Source: the human T2T-CHM13v2.0 reference genome, Homo sapiens
Direction of reading: 5' to 3'
NCBI GenBank assembly: GCA_009914755.4
Contig: CP068257.2
Span: 23,456,001-23,520,000, forward strand
Length of the DNA: 64,000 nt
The position numbers and the translations under genes were made by a program. A model generated the notes under the pieces. It saw only the letters and a list, made by a program, of their open reading frames with translations, was not told the origin of the DNA and made no database searches. This document shows, in pieces, positions 13,601 to 25,620 of the stretch. Position 1 is the first letter of the stretch. The number at the start of each line of letters is the position of its first letter.

Positions 13601-14414
13601 TTATAGCTGAGTATTTGTAAAGTTCTCATCTATAAAATACACTTAAATTATCTGTTTTGTTACAGAGGAAGAGTGAAACTTTAGTTTCTTTTTTAAAAGA
13701 GAAAAATTTTTATTTATTTCTTTTAAAGTATGAGTATAGATTTTTGTTCTTACTGTAAAAACAAAGCATACCAAATGCAGGAAAAATATTGAAAAGCACA
13801 ATGCACGTTTTTAATAATCTTAACAACCAGAAATAAAAAATAGTGATATTTGCAAATTTTCTATTTCTACCAGCCTTTTTATAAGATCCAACATCCATAT
13901 ACCTTTCTCTCTATCTGTAACCTATAATAGTTATCAATAGAATAAGTAGCAACTACAGTTACAAAATTGCCCTTCACAAGGAATCTTAAGCTGCATAATT
14001 AGATTTGGGTGACTATACGTTAGGGTGATACTGAGGTTATTCTTGTGTAGACAGTGGTTGAACAAAATAATCTCGAAGACTCTTTTAAGTATTCAGACTT
14101 CATGTACTAAGGATTCGTGTGGAACCACAGTGAAACCTTCCTAGGATGGAGAAAAATGAACATATATAAAAGGCAAACTAAACAGGTTCTGAATAGTATT
14201 ATGTATCTCTTTCTTTCTTTATGGCTTCTTTTATCATGTTGGTTGGTTATCAGCTTGAAAGTCAAAGCAGATGTCATCTCTCAACCTACTACTCCAATGT
14301 CATTTTCACAGTCTGTTTTCTGTTGTCTATAACAGAATACCTGAAACTAGATAATCTATTTTATTTTATTTTTTCCACATGAAAGTTATATTTATTGATT
14401 TATTTTTATGTTGA

Positions 14415-14768
14415 TAGGTTTTTGGGGAACAAGTGGTGTTTGGTTACATGGATAGGTCCTCTAGTGGTGATTTCTGAGATTTTGGTGCACTCACCCAAGC
14501 AGTGTGCACTGTACCCAATGTGTAATCTTTTATCCCTCACCCCTCTCCCACCCTTTCCCTTGAGTCCCCAGAGTCCATTGTATCATTCTTATGCCTTTGC
14601 ATCCTCATAGCTTAGCTCCCGCTTGTTGGTAAGAACATATGATGTTCCGTTTTCCATTCCTGAGATACTTCACTTAGAATAATGGTCTCCAATTCCATCC
14701 AGGTTGCTGTGAATGTGAATACCATTATTTCATTTCTTTTTATGGCTGAGTAGTATTCCATGGTGTGT
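14415..14768 (-). mobile_element. L1 LINE, 3'-terminal fragment, reverse orientation
   Basis: ataggtttttggggaacaagtggtgtttggttacatggataggtcctctagtggtgatttctgagattttggtgcactcacccaagcagtgtgcactgtacccaatgtgtaatc ... ccattcctgagatacttcacttagaataatggtctccaattccatccaggttgctgtgaatgtgaataccattatttcatttctttttatggctgagtagtattccatggtgt is antisense to the L1 3' end (…ACACCATGGAATACTATGCAGCCATAAAAA … GGAAACCATCATTCTCAGCAAAC…). Confidence 0.8.
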
Positions 14769-14800
14769 GTGTGTATATATACATAGAGAGAGAGAGTACA
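14765..14800. repeat. Compound microsatellite (TG)n(TA)n(GA)n
   Basis: gtgtgtgtgtgtatatatacatagagagagagagta, abutting the truncation point of the L1 fragment. Confidence 0.85.
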
Positions 14801-16748
14801 TAATATATGTATATTAAAATTGGAATGAGATAGGTATAACATATATATCCAAGACCCACATGAAACCCATCACATTCAATTTATATTTCAGAAATCTTAT
14901 TTTCAGCATTTTTAATATCTGAAAATAATGCAACTTTTAGAACACTTCTGGCTTTTTTTATTGGTAGCAAACGTTAACATAATTTGAAAGACAATAGTAT
15001 AAAAATTACATGTTGGCATATATATTTAATGGTTGAGATATTTACTTTTAATTTCTAGCAATTTCAGAGATGTATAGCAAATTGAAGACGTTTTTCTCCA
15101 TTGTCCTTTCCCTTGATTTCTGCTTTTTTAAGTGTTCCCTTATCACCAAAGTTTCCACTATTGTTTTAAAAATATCTGATATTAATTCAAATTAATTATT
15201 AATGCTAACCAATTTTGCCTTGCAGAAGTGTTTGCATTTTAAAAAGAAACGCCTAGAGGAAGATTGTCAAATTTCTTCTCACCTTTTGAGGGGCAATATT
15301 TTAGAGGATGGATGACCTGCAATACAAGCCTTAAGAAACTACTGCTCCCATTGTCGTCAAGGCTAGCTGTGAGACTAATGCCAGCAAGTCTTTGCACAAA
15401 AACAAATGAGCTCTTAAAGAGATGATTGAATGCATGTGGGATCCATTACTCAATAAGAAGCTTAAGTCCAAATCAGTCTGGGGCTAACTGGCCTTTGCAG
15501 TTTTACTATAGCAGGGGCAACATGGTGTAGTAAAAAAGGCCTGAAGAGTAAGTGTAATTTTGTCTTGGTCACTTATTGGCCTCGTAGTCCCAAAAAATTA
15601 ACTTTAATCTCTTGCCTTAGTTCTCTTACATACTTGGCAACTATGGTGCACAGCCCAAATTTGAGGCACACTTGTTATTATATAAAAAGTTTTATTGGTG
15701 CACAGCCACGCTCATTCATCTATGTATTTTCTGTTTCTGCTCATGCTCTACAACGACAGAGTTGAGTAGCTGCAATGAGACCATGTGGTCTGCAAGACCT
15801 AAAATATTTACAGCCTGGTACCTCACCAAACACGTTGCTGCACTCAGCTTTAGAAGGTGCCAAACGCACACAGAGTATCTCCTTTTTTACAGAACTTGCC
15901 TTCCCTCCAACAGGTTGTGTAATTAATCATTACTCTGTGTGTAACTTTCTTTTGTTTGCGTCTTGATTCCACTCACTCCTATACACTTCCAATCTCTCTA
16001 AACAGTTCCTTTTCATTCTCTTTATTTCTTAAATGTTGGTGATTCCCAAAGTTTCATCTCTAGGTTACCCAAATTTTAATTGCACACTTTCGTACACAAT
16101 CTCCTTACCCCCTGAACACAAGCACAATTTCTGACTGGCCTATACATTCCATTCTTCTCCTACTACACTTAACTCAATATGTTGCAAAAATGATGGAGAG
16201 CTTTTTTTTAAAGCTTTTTCCCATTAGGCCAAATTCCTAATACCTTATCGACAACCAAAACATATGGAACACTGGGTACATATTTGGGGAACAAGGAAAC
16301 AGATCTTTTTCACTCGGTCTCCCTCTTGAATTTGACCTATAGATTAGACTTCTCACTTCCTGTTGTGTGTTACCAGTTTCTTGCACAATAAAACAAATTT
16401 TTAAAAGTGCCAAGTGACCTGATCCTCATAACACATTGAAACTAAGAGTATTGTTAAGGTTATTACTCAAGATTTAATCATATAAATACAGCAATTATAT
16501 AAATATATCATACTAAAGTGAGGTTAAAATGTGCTAAAAACAAAAGAAAAAAATGGAGAGATCACCATGGGGGTAGGATAAGATAATTAAATAAATACTG
16601 TGAATTCTGGATCATAAAGAAGACACACTAACCAAAGCAACTTAGACCTCATTCCCTCTATTTAATAGAGAAAAACAGCACAGCTCTCCTAAGGATGTTG
16701 GCAACTCCTTTAATAGAAACAAGCTGTCAAATGCATAGAAATTAAATA

Positions 16749-18546
16749 CAGTCATGCATTGCTTAATGACATGGATAGGTTCTGAGAAATGCTTCATTAG
16801 AGTATTTCCTCAATATGCAGACATCACAGTGTGCTTACACAAACCTGGATGGTATAACCTACGACATACCTGGCTACATGGTGTAGCCTATTGCTCCCAG
16901 GCCACCAACCTGCACAGCATATTACTGTACTGAATACTGGAGGCAATTGTAAAACAATGGTAGTTATTTTTGTACCTAACCATATCTAAACATAGAACAG
17001 ATACAGTAAAAATATAATGTAAAAGGTCACAAATAGTACAGCATTTTTTAGATCACTTATCTTGGAGGGAGCTTTCAGGACTGAAAGTTGCTATGGGTGA
17101 GTCAGTAGGTGAGTGGTGAGTGAATGCAAAGGCTGAGGACAGTGATGTACACTGTTGTAGACTTTGTAATCACTCAACACTTAGGCTACACTAAATTTAT
17201 TTCTAAAAATTTCTTCCTTTAATAAGAAGTAACTCTGCCTTCCTATAACATTTTTACTATGTAAGCATTGAATTATTTTTAACTTTTTGGCTCTTTTATA
17301 ATAACACTTAGCTTATGTGACGGTTAATATTGTCAACTTGATTGGATTGAAGAATGCAAAGCATTGTTTCTGGGTGTGTCTGTGAGGATATTGCCAAAGG
17401 AGGTTAACATTTGAGTCAGTGCACTAGAAGAGGCAGACCCACCCTCAATCTGGGTGGGCACCATCTAACCAGCTGCCAGCTCAGCTATGATAAAAGCAGG
17501 CAGAGGAACATGGAAGGACTAGATTGGCTGAATCTTCTGGTCATCTTTCTCCTGTGCTGGATGCTTCCTGCCCTCAAACATCAGACTCCAATCTCTTCAT
17601 CTGTCAAACTCTTGGATTTACACCAGGGGTTTGCAGGGACTCTTTGACCTTTGGCCACAGACTGAAGGCTGTGGTGTTAGTTTCCCTAGTTTTGAGGTTG
17701 GGGATGCAAACTGGCTTCCTTGCTCCTCAGCTTGCAGATGGCCTATTGCGGGACTTCATCTTGTGATAGTGTGAGTCAGTCCTCCTAATAAACTCCCATT
17801 AATATGTACATATCTCCTATGAGCCCTATTTCTCTAGAGAACCCTGGCTAATACAGATTTAAGCATAAACACATTGCACAAATGTACAAAATATTTTCTT
17901 TCTTTGTATGCATATCCTATAAGCTTTAATCTGTTTGAAATTTTTTTAGTTTTTTATACTTTGTAAACTTTTTTTGTTGAAAACAAAGACAGAAATATTT
18001 AATTGGACTTACACCAGGGGTTTGCCAAGAGATTAACTGACATTAGCCTAGACTTATACAGATGTAGGATCATCAATATCACTGTCTTCCACCTCCACAT
18101 CTTCTCCCACTGAAAGGCCTTCAGGGGAAATAACACACACAGAGCTGTCATCTCCTGTGATAACTAAGCCTTCGTCTGAAATACCTCCTGAAGGACTTGC
18201 CTGAGGCTGTTTTACAGTTAACTTTTTTTTAATAAGTAGGAGGAATACACTTTAAAATAACGATAAAAAATATAGTGTAGTAAATACATAAATCAGTAAC
18301 ATAGTCATTTATCATGACCAAGCATGATGTACAATTGCATGTGCCACTTTTATGACTGGGAGCATAGTAGGTTTGTTAATAGCAGCATCACCACTAATAC
18401 ACGAGTAATGCCTTGTGCTAGGAGATTATGAGGGTTACCCTGTCACTGGGTGATAGGAATTTTTCAGCTCCATTAGAACCTGATGGGACCACTGTTGTTT
18501 GTGTCTTCCATCTTTAACTGAACCATCATTATGCAGCACATGACTG
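16749..18546 (+). mobile_element. Tigger1 (TcMar-Tigger) DNA transposon, internally deleted copy with terminal inverted repeats and TA target duplication
   Basis: The 5' end cagtcatgcattgcttaatgacatggataggttctgagaaatgc ... cacaaacctggatggtataacctacgacatacctggctacatggtgtagcctattgctcc follows the Tigger1 consensus as remembered. The 3' end reads ...ttttcagctccattagaacctgatgggaccactgttgtttgtgtcttccatctttaactgaaccatcattatgcagcacatgactg. The termini are inverted (CAGTCATGC / GCATGACTG) and each is flanked by TA (16747-16748 and 18547-18548). Strand is given relative to the recalled consensus. Confidence 0.8.
17322..17858. mobile_element. Unclassified LTR-like repeat nested inside Tigger1
   Basis: Tigger1 collinearity breaks after ...cacttagcttatgtgac and resumes at ...aagcataaacacattgcacaaatgtacaaaatattttctttc. 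The intervening sequence (ggttaatattgtcaacttgattgg ... ctggcttccttgctcctcagcttgcagatggcctattgcgggacttcatcttgtgatagtgtgagtcagtcctcctaataaactcc) resembles a common ancient mammalian LTR whose family I cannot name with confidence. Confidence 0.45.
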
Positions 18547-20014
18547 TAGCTCAATTTTCACCTTCTTTCTGCCATACATACATGACCACAAATCTACACA
18601 CTTTCCTCTGGAAAACTCCCAACTGCCTTAAAGCATATCTGAAAATAAAAATTATGTTTCTTGTAACACACACAAAACAATTTCCAGCTAAAAAACCTTT
18701 CTGAATGATTGCCACGTGCATAAAACACCCCTGGCAAGTGTGAAAAAACTAAATCTTAAAGCAAGATGTGGTTCCATATTGCAGCTAGTATTTAAAATTA
18801 AGTTGTCTCTCTTTGCCCCCTTTTTTCCGAACAAATTCACAGAGCCTGGATTGTGAATGATATGCCTGTCTCAGAAACACCAGCCAACTCAGCATTATAG
18901 TTTGCACTACTGGGTTTGTTTGCAAATAAAATAAAAGCAAGGAGAAAAACTGAGACATAATTATGAAAGGCACTAGAATGTGGAAAAGAGATTAAACCTT
19001 ATTAAAATATCATTCCTAGGCATTAGCAGCAGTTCTATAATTAATAATATAACAGTTGACTGCACTAAGTGGCATAACAGAAATTAAATTTTCATTTATG
19101 AACAGGAATAATGAGGTAATATAAAAAGATTGGGTTTAGGTTCTTCTGCTACTGAAGATTAATAATTGCCTAAGGTCTATATTCAGAATTAAGACACACA
19201 TTTAGTTGTAGAGAAAGATAATTCATCAAATGTGCAAGCATTCTTTAACCCTGGACTGCAGTCATGACATGAAATGTCTGCAGTTTCCATTTCACCACTA
19301 CTGGAGTCAAACTATTTCCATTATTGCCTAACTTATCATAAATGCTGGAGAGAAGCAAAAGCACCATTTTCAGAGAAAAATATGCAATATAAATTGGCAA
19401 AACAATTTACAGGTTGCTTTTAAAAAGAAGCCCTTGGCAACATAAATATTTAGTGCATTGTTCTTACGGCAGCCGATGAGAGACTTTAACATGTGTGAGG
19501 AAATTTAGTTTTCTTGAATAAAATGACAACAGAGAATAAACAAGATGTGTGAAATTCCTTTAGGAAACTATTTAAGGACTGCTGTGTTTTATTATCCAAG
19601 AGTTTTACATTTATTTTTGAGTGTTTAGATTCTGTGTATGTAAACCAGATCTATTTATCCTACTCTTCATAGCATAGCATACCCATGAAGATAAAGTTAA
19701 GAAAACTTTATAAAAACATTGTTTTTAATTATAATTGCAGTATTTATTTTATAAAAGGAGAAGTCAACTAATTACTTATATAAAAATTTGAGACTAGAAA
19801 CTATAATATTTTTGTCCTAAATTTTTATTTGTATCTCACCAAATGCCACTCAGCATGATTCTCTTATAGACTGAGTTACGTGCTGCAGTTAGGTACTTCA
19901 GTAAGGTCACAGAGCAGAGAGGAAGATGACAGTCATTCAGTGTCAAATATACAGCAGACACTTTCAATCTAGAACATGATCACATCTTCCAATAGTTCTA
20001 TATGTTAGATGTTT

Positions 20015-20135
20015 CTATCCCCTTTTCACAGGTGCAGAAAGTAAATTTAAAGGAGATTTGGTATCAAAGGATTTGAACCCAGATCTGCTTGAATGCTGAA
20101 CATAACATTCTTCCCACTTTACTACATGATCCAGT
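20015..20135 (-). mobile_element. MIR SINE fragment
   Basis: atccccttttcacaggtgcagaaagtaaatttaaaggagatttggtatcaaaggatttgaacccagatctgcttgaatgctg corresponds to the MIR core (…CCCCATTTTACAGATGAGGAAACTGAGGC…CAGGATTTGAACCCAGG…) in reverse orientation. Confidence 0.5.
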
Positions 20136-20179
20136 TAGTCTTTAAAGTTACCAAAAAGTTGCCAAAGTTACCGAGAGAC

Positions 20180-20990
20180 AGGACTAGCTGTATTTCCTAG
20201 GCCGACTAAGAATTCCTAAGTCTAGCTGGGAAAGGTGACCACACCCACCTTTAAACACGGAGCGTGTAACTCAGCTCGCATCCGACCAATCAGGTAGTAA
20301 AGAGGGTTCACTGAAATACAAATTAGGCTAAAAGCAGGAGGTAAAGAAATAGTCAAATCATATATCGCCTAACAGCACAGGGGGAGGGACAATGATTGGG
20401 ATATAAAACCCAGGGATTCAAACCGGGAGTGGGCAACCCCCTTTGGGTCCCCTCCCATTGTATGGGAGCTCTGTTTTCACTCTGTTAAATCTTGCAACTG
20501 TACACTCCTCTGGTCAGTGTTTGTTCCGGCTCAAGCTGAACTTTTGCTCACCCTCTACCACTGCTGTTCCCCGTGGTAGCAGACCCGCCGCTGACTTCCA
20601 CCCCTCCGGATCCGGCAGGGTGTCTGCTGCGCTCCTGATCCAGTGAGGCGCCCATTGCCGCTCCTGACCGGGCTAAAGGCTCACTATTGTTCCTGCACAG
20701 CTAAGTGCCCAGGTTTGTCCTAATCGAGCTGAACACTAGTTGCTGGGTTCCACACTTCTCTTTCTAATAGACGCTTCTAATAGATCTATGGCTTCTAATG
20801 ATGATAATGATGGCTTCTAATAGAGCTATAACACTAACCGCATGGCCCAATGTTCCATTCCTTGGAATCTGTGAGGCCAAGAACCCCAGGTCAGAGAACA
20901 AAAGGCTTTCTGCCATCTTGGGAGTGGCCCGCCTCCATCTTGGGAGCTCTAAAAACAAAGACCCGCCCACAACATTACTAAAAACACTAA
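20180..20990 (+). mobile_element. Solo ERV class I LTR, LTR12/HERV9-like (tentative family)
   Basis: Has a U3-R-U5 layout: gaccaatcag CCAAT box, then gatataaaacccaggg TATA, then ctctgttttcactctgttaaatcttgcaactg (like the LTR12 R region AATAAATCTTGCTGCTGCTCACTCTTTGGG). Downstream, agagctataacactaaccgcatggcc...aagaaccccaggtcagagaacaaaa resembles the LTR12 3' repeats GAGCTGTAACACTCACCGCGAAGGTC...ACCACGAACCCACC. Boundaries are approximate. Confidence 0.5.
20284..20410 (+). promoter_or_regulatory. Putative LTR promoter core: CCAAT box (gaccaatcag, 20284-20293) and TATA box (tataaaa, 20402-20408)
   Basis: Motifs read directly from the sequence. LTR12-type U3 promoters are known to be driven by NF-Y/CCAAT sites. 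Activity here is unproven. Confidence 0.3.
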
Positions 20991-22512
20991 TAATCATGAG
21001 ACAATTTCCAAAATAAAAACATATTACTTTTACCTTGAAAGATAAGCACACACAGAGAGACACTCATTCCCACAACTCTAGCTTACTGGATATGGCAAAG
21101 ATTATGGCATGTAGATATATGGAAAAAGATTTTGTTATGGCTGTTATGGTTTAGCATTTGGGTGCCCTGAGTGAGACAAGATGGTGATCTTGTACCAGCC
21201 AGTGCTTCTCACCTCTAGGCTCTGATCTAAAAGTGTTGCTTCCAGGTGTTTGAGAAACCATTTAGTAATAAACCTAAACTACAGACTGTAATGAAAAGGT
21301 CATGTTGTTGCAGAAAGGGATAGTGGAACTCAACTGCCTAGTATGCTTACTTTCAACTAGGTCATCTTTTTTTGTCCTTTCTTTCATTTTGTTTACTTGA
21401 GGTGCATGTTGCACCTAATTTCTGAGTTTTGCCACTTCTCTAAGGTGACTAATCATGGGTCTCCTGGTCATCCCCTCTGAAGACACTGAGGCTTCCATTT
21501 TAGCCATGGCCACTATTCACTAAGCCAAGATCTATCTTCAAAATGGTTTGTTGTCTCTTGACTGCTGTTTCATACTCTTTGTCCTTGTAGGCTTGATATT
21601 AAAATTTCCTCTACTCTCCACTTAATAGGGTCTGAAAAGAAAAGAGAAGCCAAATTCAAATATTTAAGTGACTGTACAAGCTCACCCCATTCTTCCACAT
21701 ATTCCATTCCAACTTTTGTTCCACTGTGTCCTCACTTGCCAAGATCACCAACAAATTCAAGGCTGCTAACTCTGTGGTGTGTATTTCTATCCTTGCCTCA
21801 CTTGTCTTCTCATTGAATACAGTTGACTACTACCTTTTTTGTGGAAACATGTCTCTCTTTGAGCTCTGGTAGCATCACTCAACCCATGTTTTTCTTTTAC
21901 ATCTCTGCTCTTGGTCATGCTCCCTGATGGCTCTATAAGGAGAGAAGAATCAGCAGATGCAATAATCAAAATAATCAACTCAAGGGAGCTTAGTTATGTT
22001 TTAACCAATGAAAGATGTAAGAGAAGTAAAAAAATACAAAAAGATAAAGACAATGTGTAAACAAAATTGTCAAATTTGTCAAATGGAAAGCAGGATATGG
22101 TTGTTTAGAAATATCCAATTGTTGACTGGCTTTTTTTTAAGTGTCGTATATTTTACTCCCTCATTCTGAATGAAGTCATTGCTTTTTGGTTCTTTCACTT
22201 GGACTCTTAGTGGCAATTTTGAGTTTTTGTCCAAAATGTCTTTCTTTCACACTCACTCAAAAATAATAGTTAACTAGAAGTACAATGGTAAGTTACTTTT
22301 GATTAGCGTTGTAAATATAGTTCACTGGCTTCTGTTGTTGTTTTTAAGAAAACTGATGTTAGTTTTAATTTTTTTATCTTTTAAGTAATATATTTTTATT
22401 TTCTTATGGCTTTAAGACACTACCATTGTCTTTGGTGACTGAAAAAAATGTGGATGTTATAATCCATTAAAAGTTTGAAAACCTGAAAAACAATGTTTTA
22501 TATTGTTTGTGA

Positions 22513-22844
<332 letters not shown>

Positions 22845-23089
22845 ATTTGATCTTTATGTAGTGGTGTACTACCTTCTAAGCAGTGAGTGATAAAGCAGGT
22901 AATAGCATTGTGGTCCTGGCTGGTAGGTCTATTTCAGTCAAGACTTTAGCATGGTTAAGTTTAACAGCCTGCTCACCTAAGGAAAAATTTGCAAGAGTTG
23001 AACGTGATGTCAGAGTCCCATTCAAGGAAGCTATAATAAACAAAGGTACACAACTGAGATGTTGGCAAGGAAAGTGTTATAAAGGAGAG

Positions 23090-23300
23090 GTCTCAGTGAA
23101 AAATATTTATTACCTACTACGCACCAAGCATCCTCCCAGAACCAGGGATAAATATATGAAAACAACAATTCCCATGCTCATATGAAGCTTCTGTTCTCTG
23201 ATGTTAGAGGTGGAAGCAACAATAAACAACATCATAGAAAGATGTTGTGTGGTCATAAATTAGGGCAGAAATAAGGAAGAAAATAAGGGAGGATAAGAGA
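23090..23300. mobile_element. Ancient SINE-like fragment (MIR/THER-type), tentative
   Basis: aaaaatatttattacctactacgcaccaagcatcctcccagaaccagggataaatatatgaaaacaacaattcccatgctcatatgaagcttctgttctctgatgttagaggtggaagcaacaataaacaa parallels the widespread motif tatttattgagcacctactatgtgccaggcactg...ggagcttacattctagtgg...gacaataaacaa. Confidence 0.3.
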
Positions 23301-24112
23301 GAGAGGTTTGGACAGTGTAATGATGGCAGGACGTGGGGACTATTTTAATGCAGCAGACAGCCCCTTGAGCATAATTTGAAGGGAACAGGGGACAAGCCCT
23401 GCAGACAACTGAGAGAAAATATTTTCAGCAGAGGAGCTGACAAGCACAAATCTCATGAGAGGGTTGTGTGCTTGCTATGTTTGAGAATGACAAGGAGCCC
23501 AGGATGGGAGAAGAAAAAAAGAGAGAGAATGGTAAGAAAGGCGATCAGGTAGTTGGAAATAGTGGCGGTAGGGGTGGGGAGGGAAGTTGAACAGCAGTGG
23601 TGCAAATGAAGTAGGGCTTTTAAGTGTGAAAAGAAAACGTCAGAAAAATTAAATTTGATGGAGTTTAACTGAGTTAAAAAAGAAGAAACGATTTGTGAAG
23701 CAGGCAGCCTCCAGAATCACAGCAGATTCACAGAGACTCCCGGGATGCCTAGTGGTCAGAACAAATTTACAGACAAAAAAAGTAAAGTGACATACAGGAA
23801 TCAGAAGTGAGGTACAGAAACAGCTGGATTGGTTACAGGTTGGCGTTTGCTTTATTTGAGCACAACTTGAACAGTCAGCAGTCTATGAGTGGTTGAAGAA
23901 TGGCCACTGGGATTGGCCAAGACTCAGCTATTGTTACAGGCAAATACTCCTACGTTAGGTTGTCAATCTTGTCTGCCTATTAAGCTAAGTTGTAGTTCGC
24001 CCAAAAGGACGCAAATATAGAAATCTGGAGTCCTTCTCAGGCCATATTTAGTTCACTCTAACAGAAGGTATAGTAGAACTTTAGCTTATACTCAAAGAAA
24101 AACCATGGGTGA

Positions 24113-24250
24113 GTTATTTTGTATTTTGTTTTCTGACATGGAGTCTCACTATTTTGTCCATGCTGTTCTCGAACTCCTGGGCTCAAGCACTTTTCCCACC
24201 GCATCCTCTTAAGTATCTGGGACTACCTACATGCCACACACTGGTGGTTG
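24113..24250 (-). mobile_element. Alu monomer fragment (FLAM/AluJ-like right arm), reverse orientation
   Basis: ttttctgacatggagtctcactattttgtccatgctgttctcgaactcctgggctcaagc ... cctcttaagtatctgggactac is the reverse complement of ...GTAGTCCCAGCTACT...GAGCCCAGGAGTTCGAGACCAGCCTGGGCAACATAGTGAGACCC. Confidence 0.6.
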
Positions 24251-24889
24251 AGTTTTAAACAGAGGGGAAAAAAAAAGATCATATTTGTATTTAAAGAATG
24301 ATTATGACTATTGCGTGTAGAGCAAATCAGAAGAATAAAATAATGGAGTCAGGGAAATAACAGGAGCATTGTAACTTAATGAGTCTGTGGTCACCCGGGT
24401 GACTTGCCATAGACACCTCAATCCCACATACACTGAAATTGCTGCATAGGCTGGAATTGACACAACAGCTAAGTAAAACAAAAATTGAGACTAGGAGAAC
24501 TGCAATCTGCTTCTGATGAGAATTGATCTGGAAACTATCAAACAATGTATGGCAAGGGAAGTTGGCTATATAGCAAACCCAGACACCTCCGTTAGGATAA
24601 GTAATAATTCAGTGTGATTTTTCTCCAGCAAAGAGTATCTCCTCCGAATATTTTTCTCCTGGATGCCTAAAGTTGCAAAATAAATAGTTTGTAACTTTCA
24701 TATAAAATTTTGACCTTTCTTTGTAGTTCACTTTTAGAAATCAAATATCCAAAAGAATAGAAAGACATTAAGCTGCCTTTGTTGCGAATGTACTTATATA
24801 ATTATAGAAAGAATGTTTAAACAATTTTTAAAATAAAAAATAAGATAACTCAATTTTAAAGAGGGCAAAAGATTTAAATAAATACTTCA

Positions 24890-25620
24890 CTATAGATGGT
24901 ATATGGATAGCAATTAAATGAATGAAAAGATGTTCAGCATTATTAGTCATTAAAAAATATAAATTAAAACCACAGTCAACTACTACTACATATCTGTTGG
25001 AATGGCTAAAATTAAAATGAATGTCCATACTAAGTTTTAATTAGTAAATAGAATAACTAGAACTCTGATGCACTGCTGATATGAATGTATGATTGTACAA
25101 CTACTTTAGAAAACAAATTGGAATTTTTTCAAAATGTTTAATGTATACTTAATGTATAACCCAACCATTTCACTAAACAGCATTTACCCAATAGAAAGGA
25201 AAGCATATGTTCACAGTATCTTTATGTGAAGCAGAATAAACCCAAGTGTGCATCAGCAGATGAATGGATAAACAATCTGTGGTTTGTTCACACAGTGAGA
25301 TACTACTTAGCAATAAAAATAAATGAGTTCACAAAAGCCACATATTGTATGAATCAATTTATATCAAATGTCCAGAAAAGGTAAATCTATAGATATAAAA
25401 ATTAGATTATTGGTTTCCAGGGTCTATTCAGAAATGACTATGAATGGATATGAAGTTTCTTTTGGAGGCGCTGAAAACTGTTCTAAATCCAGATAGTGTT
25501 GATGCTTGCCCAACTCCGTGAATGTACTATAAAACACTGAATTGAACACTGTAAAAGGGTAAATTTTTTAGTATGTAAATTATTTCAATAAAGGCATTAT
25601 TATAAACAAGAAAATAAACT
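24890..25620 (+). mobile_element. L1 LINE (older L1M/L1P-type), ORF2 C-terminus and 3' UTR fragment
   Basis: ttattagtcattaaaaaatataaattaaaaccacagtcaactactac ... aaacccaagtgtgcatcagcagatgaatggataaacaatctgtggt ... ttagcaataaaaataaatgagttcacaaaagccacatattgtatgaatcaatttatatcaaatgtccagaaaaggtaaatctatagatat matches the remembered old-L1 3' sequence (…CCCAAATGTCCATCAACTGATGAATGGATAAACAAAATGTGGTAT…AGCCAGTCACAAAAGACCACATATTGTATGATTCCATTTATATGAAATGTCCAGAATAGGCAAATCCATAGAGACAG…). Confidence 0.6.

Noticed and set aside
14395-14842. ORFs 14395-14610(+) and 14612-14842(-).
   Set aside because: They lie in antisense L1 3' UTR and (TG)n(TA)n microsatellite sequence and are non-coding.
20764-21063. ORFs 20764-21063(-) and 20798-21016(+).
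   Set aside because: They lie inside the LTR12-like LTR, including its gcttctaatag mini-repeats, and are not coding.
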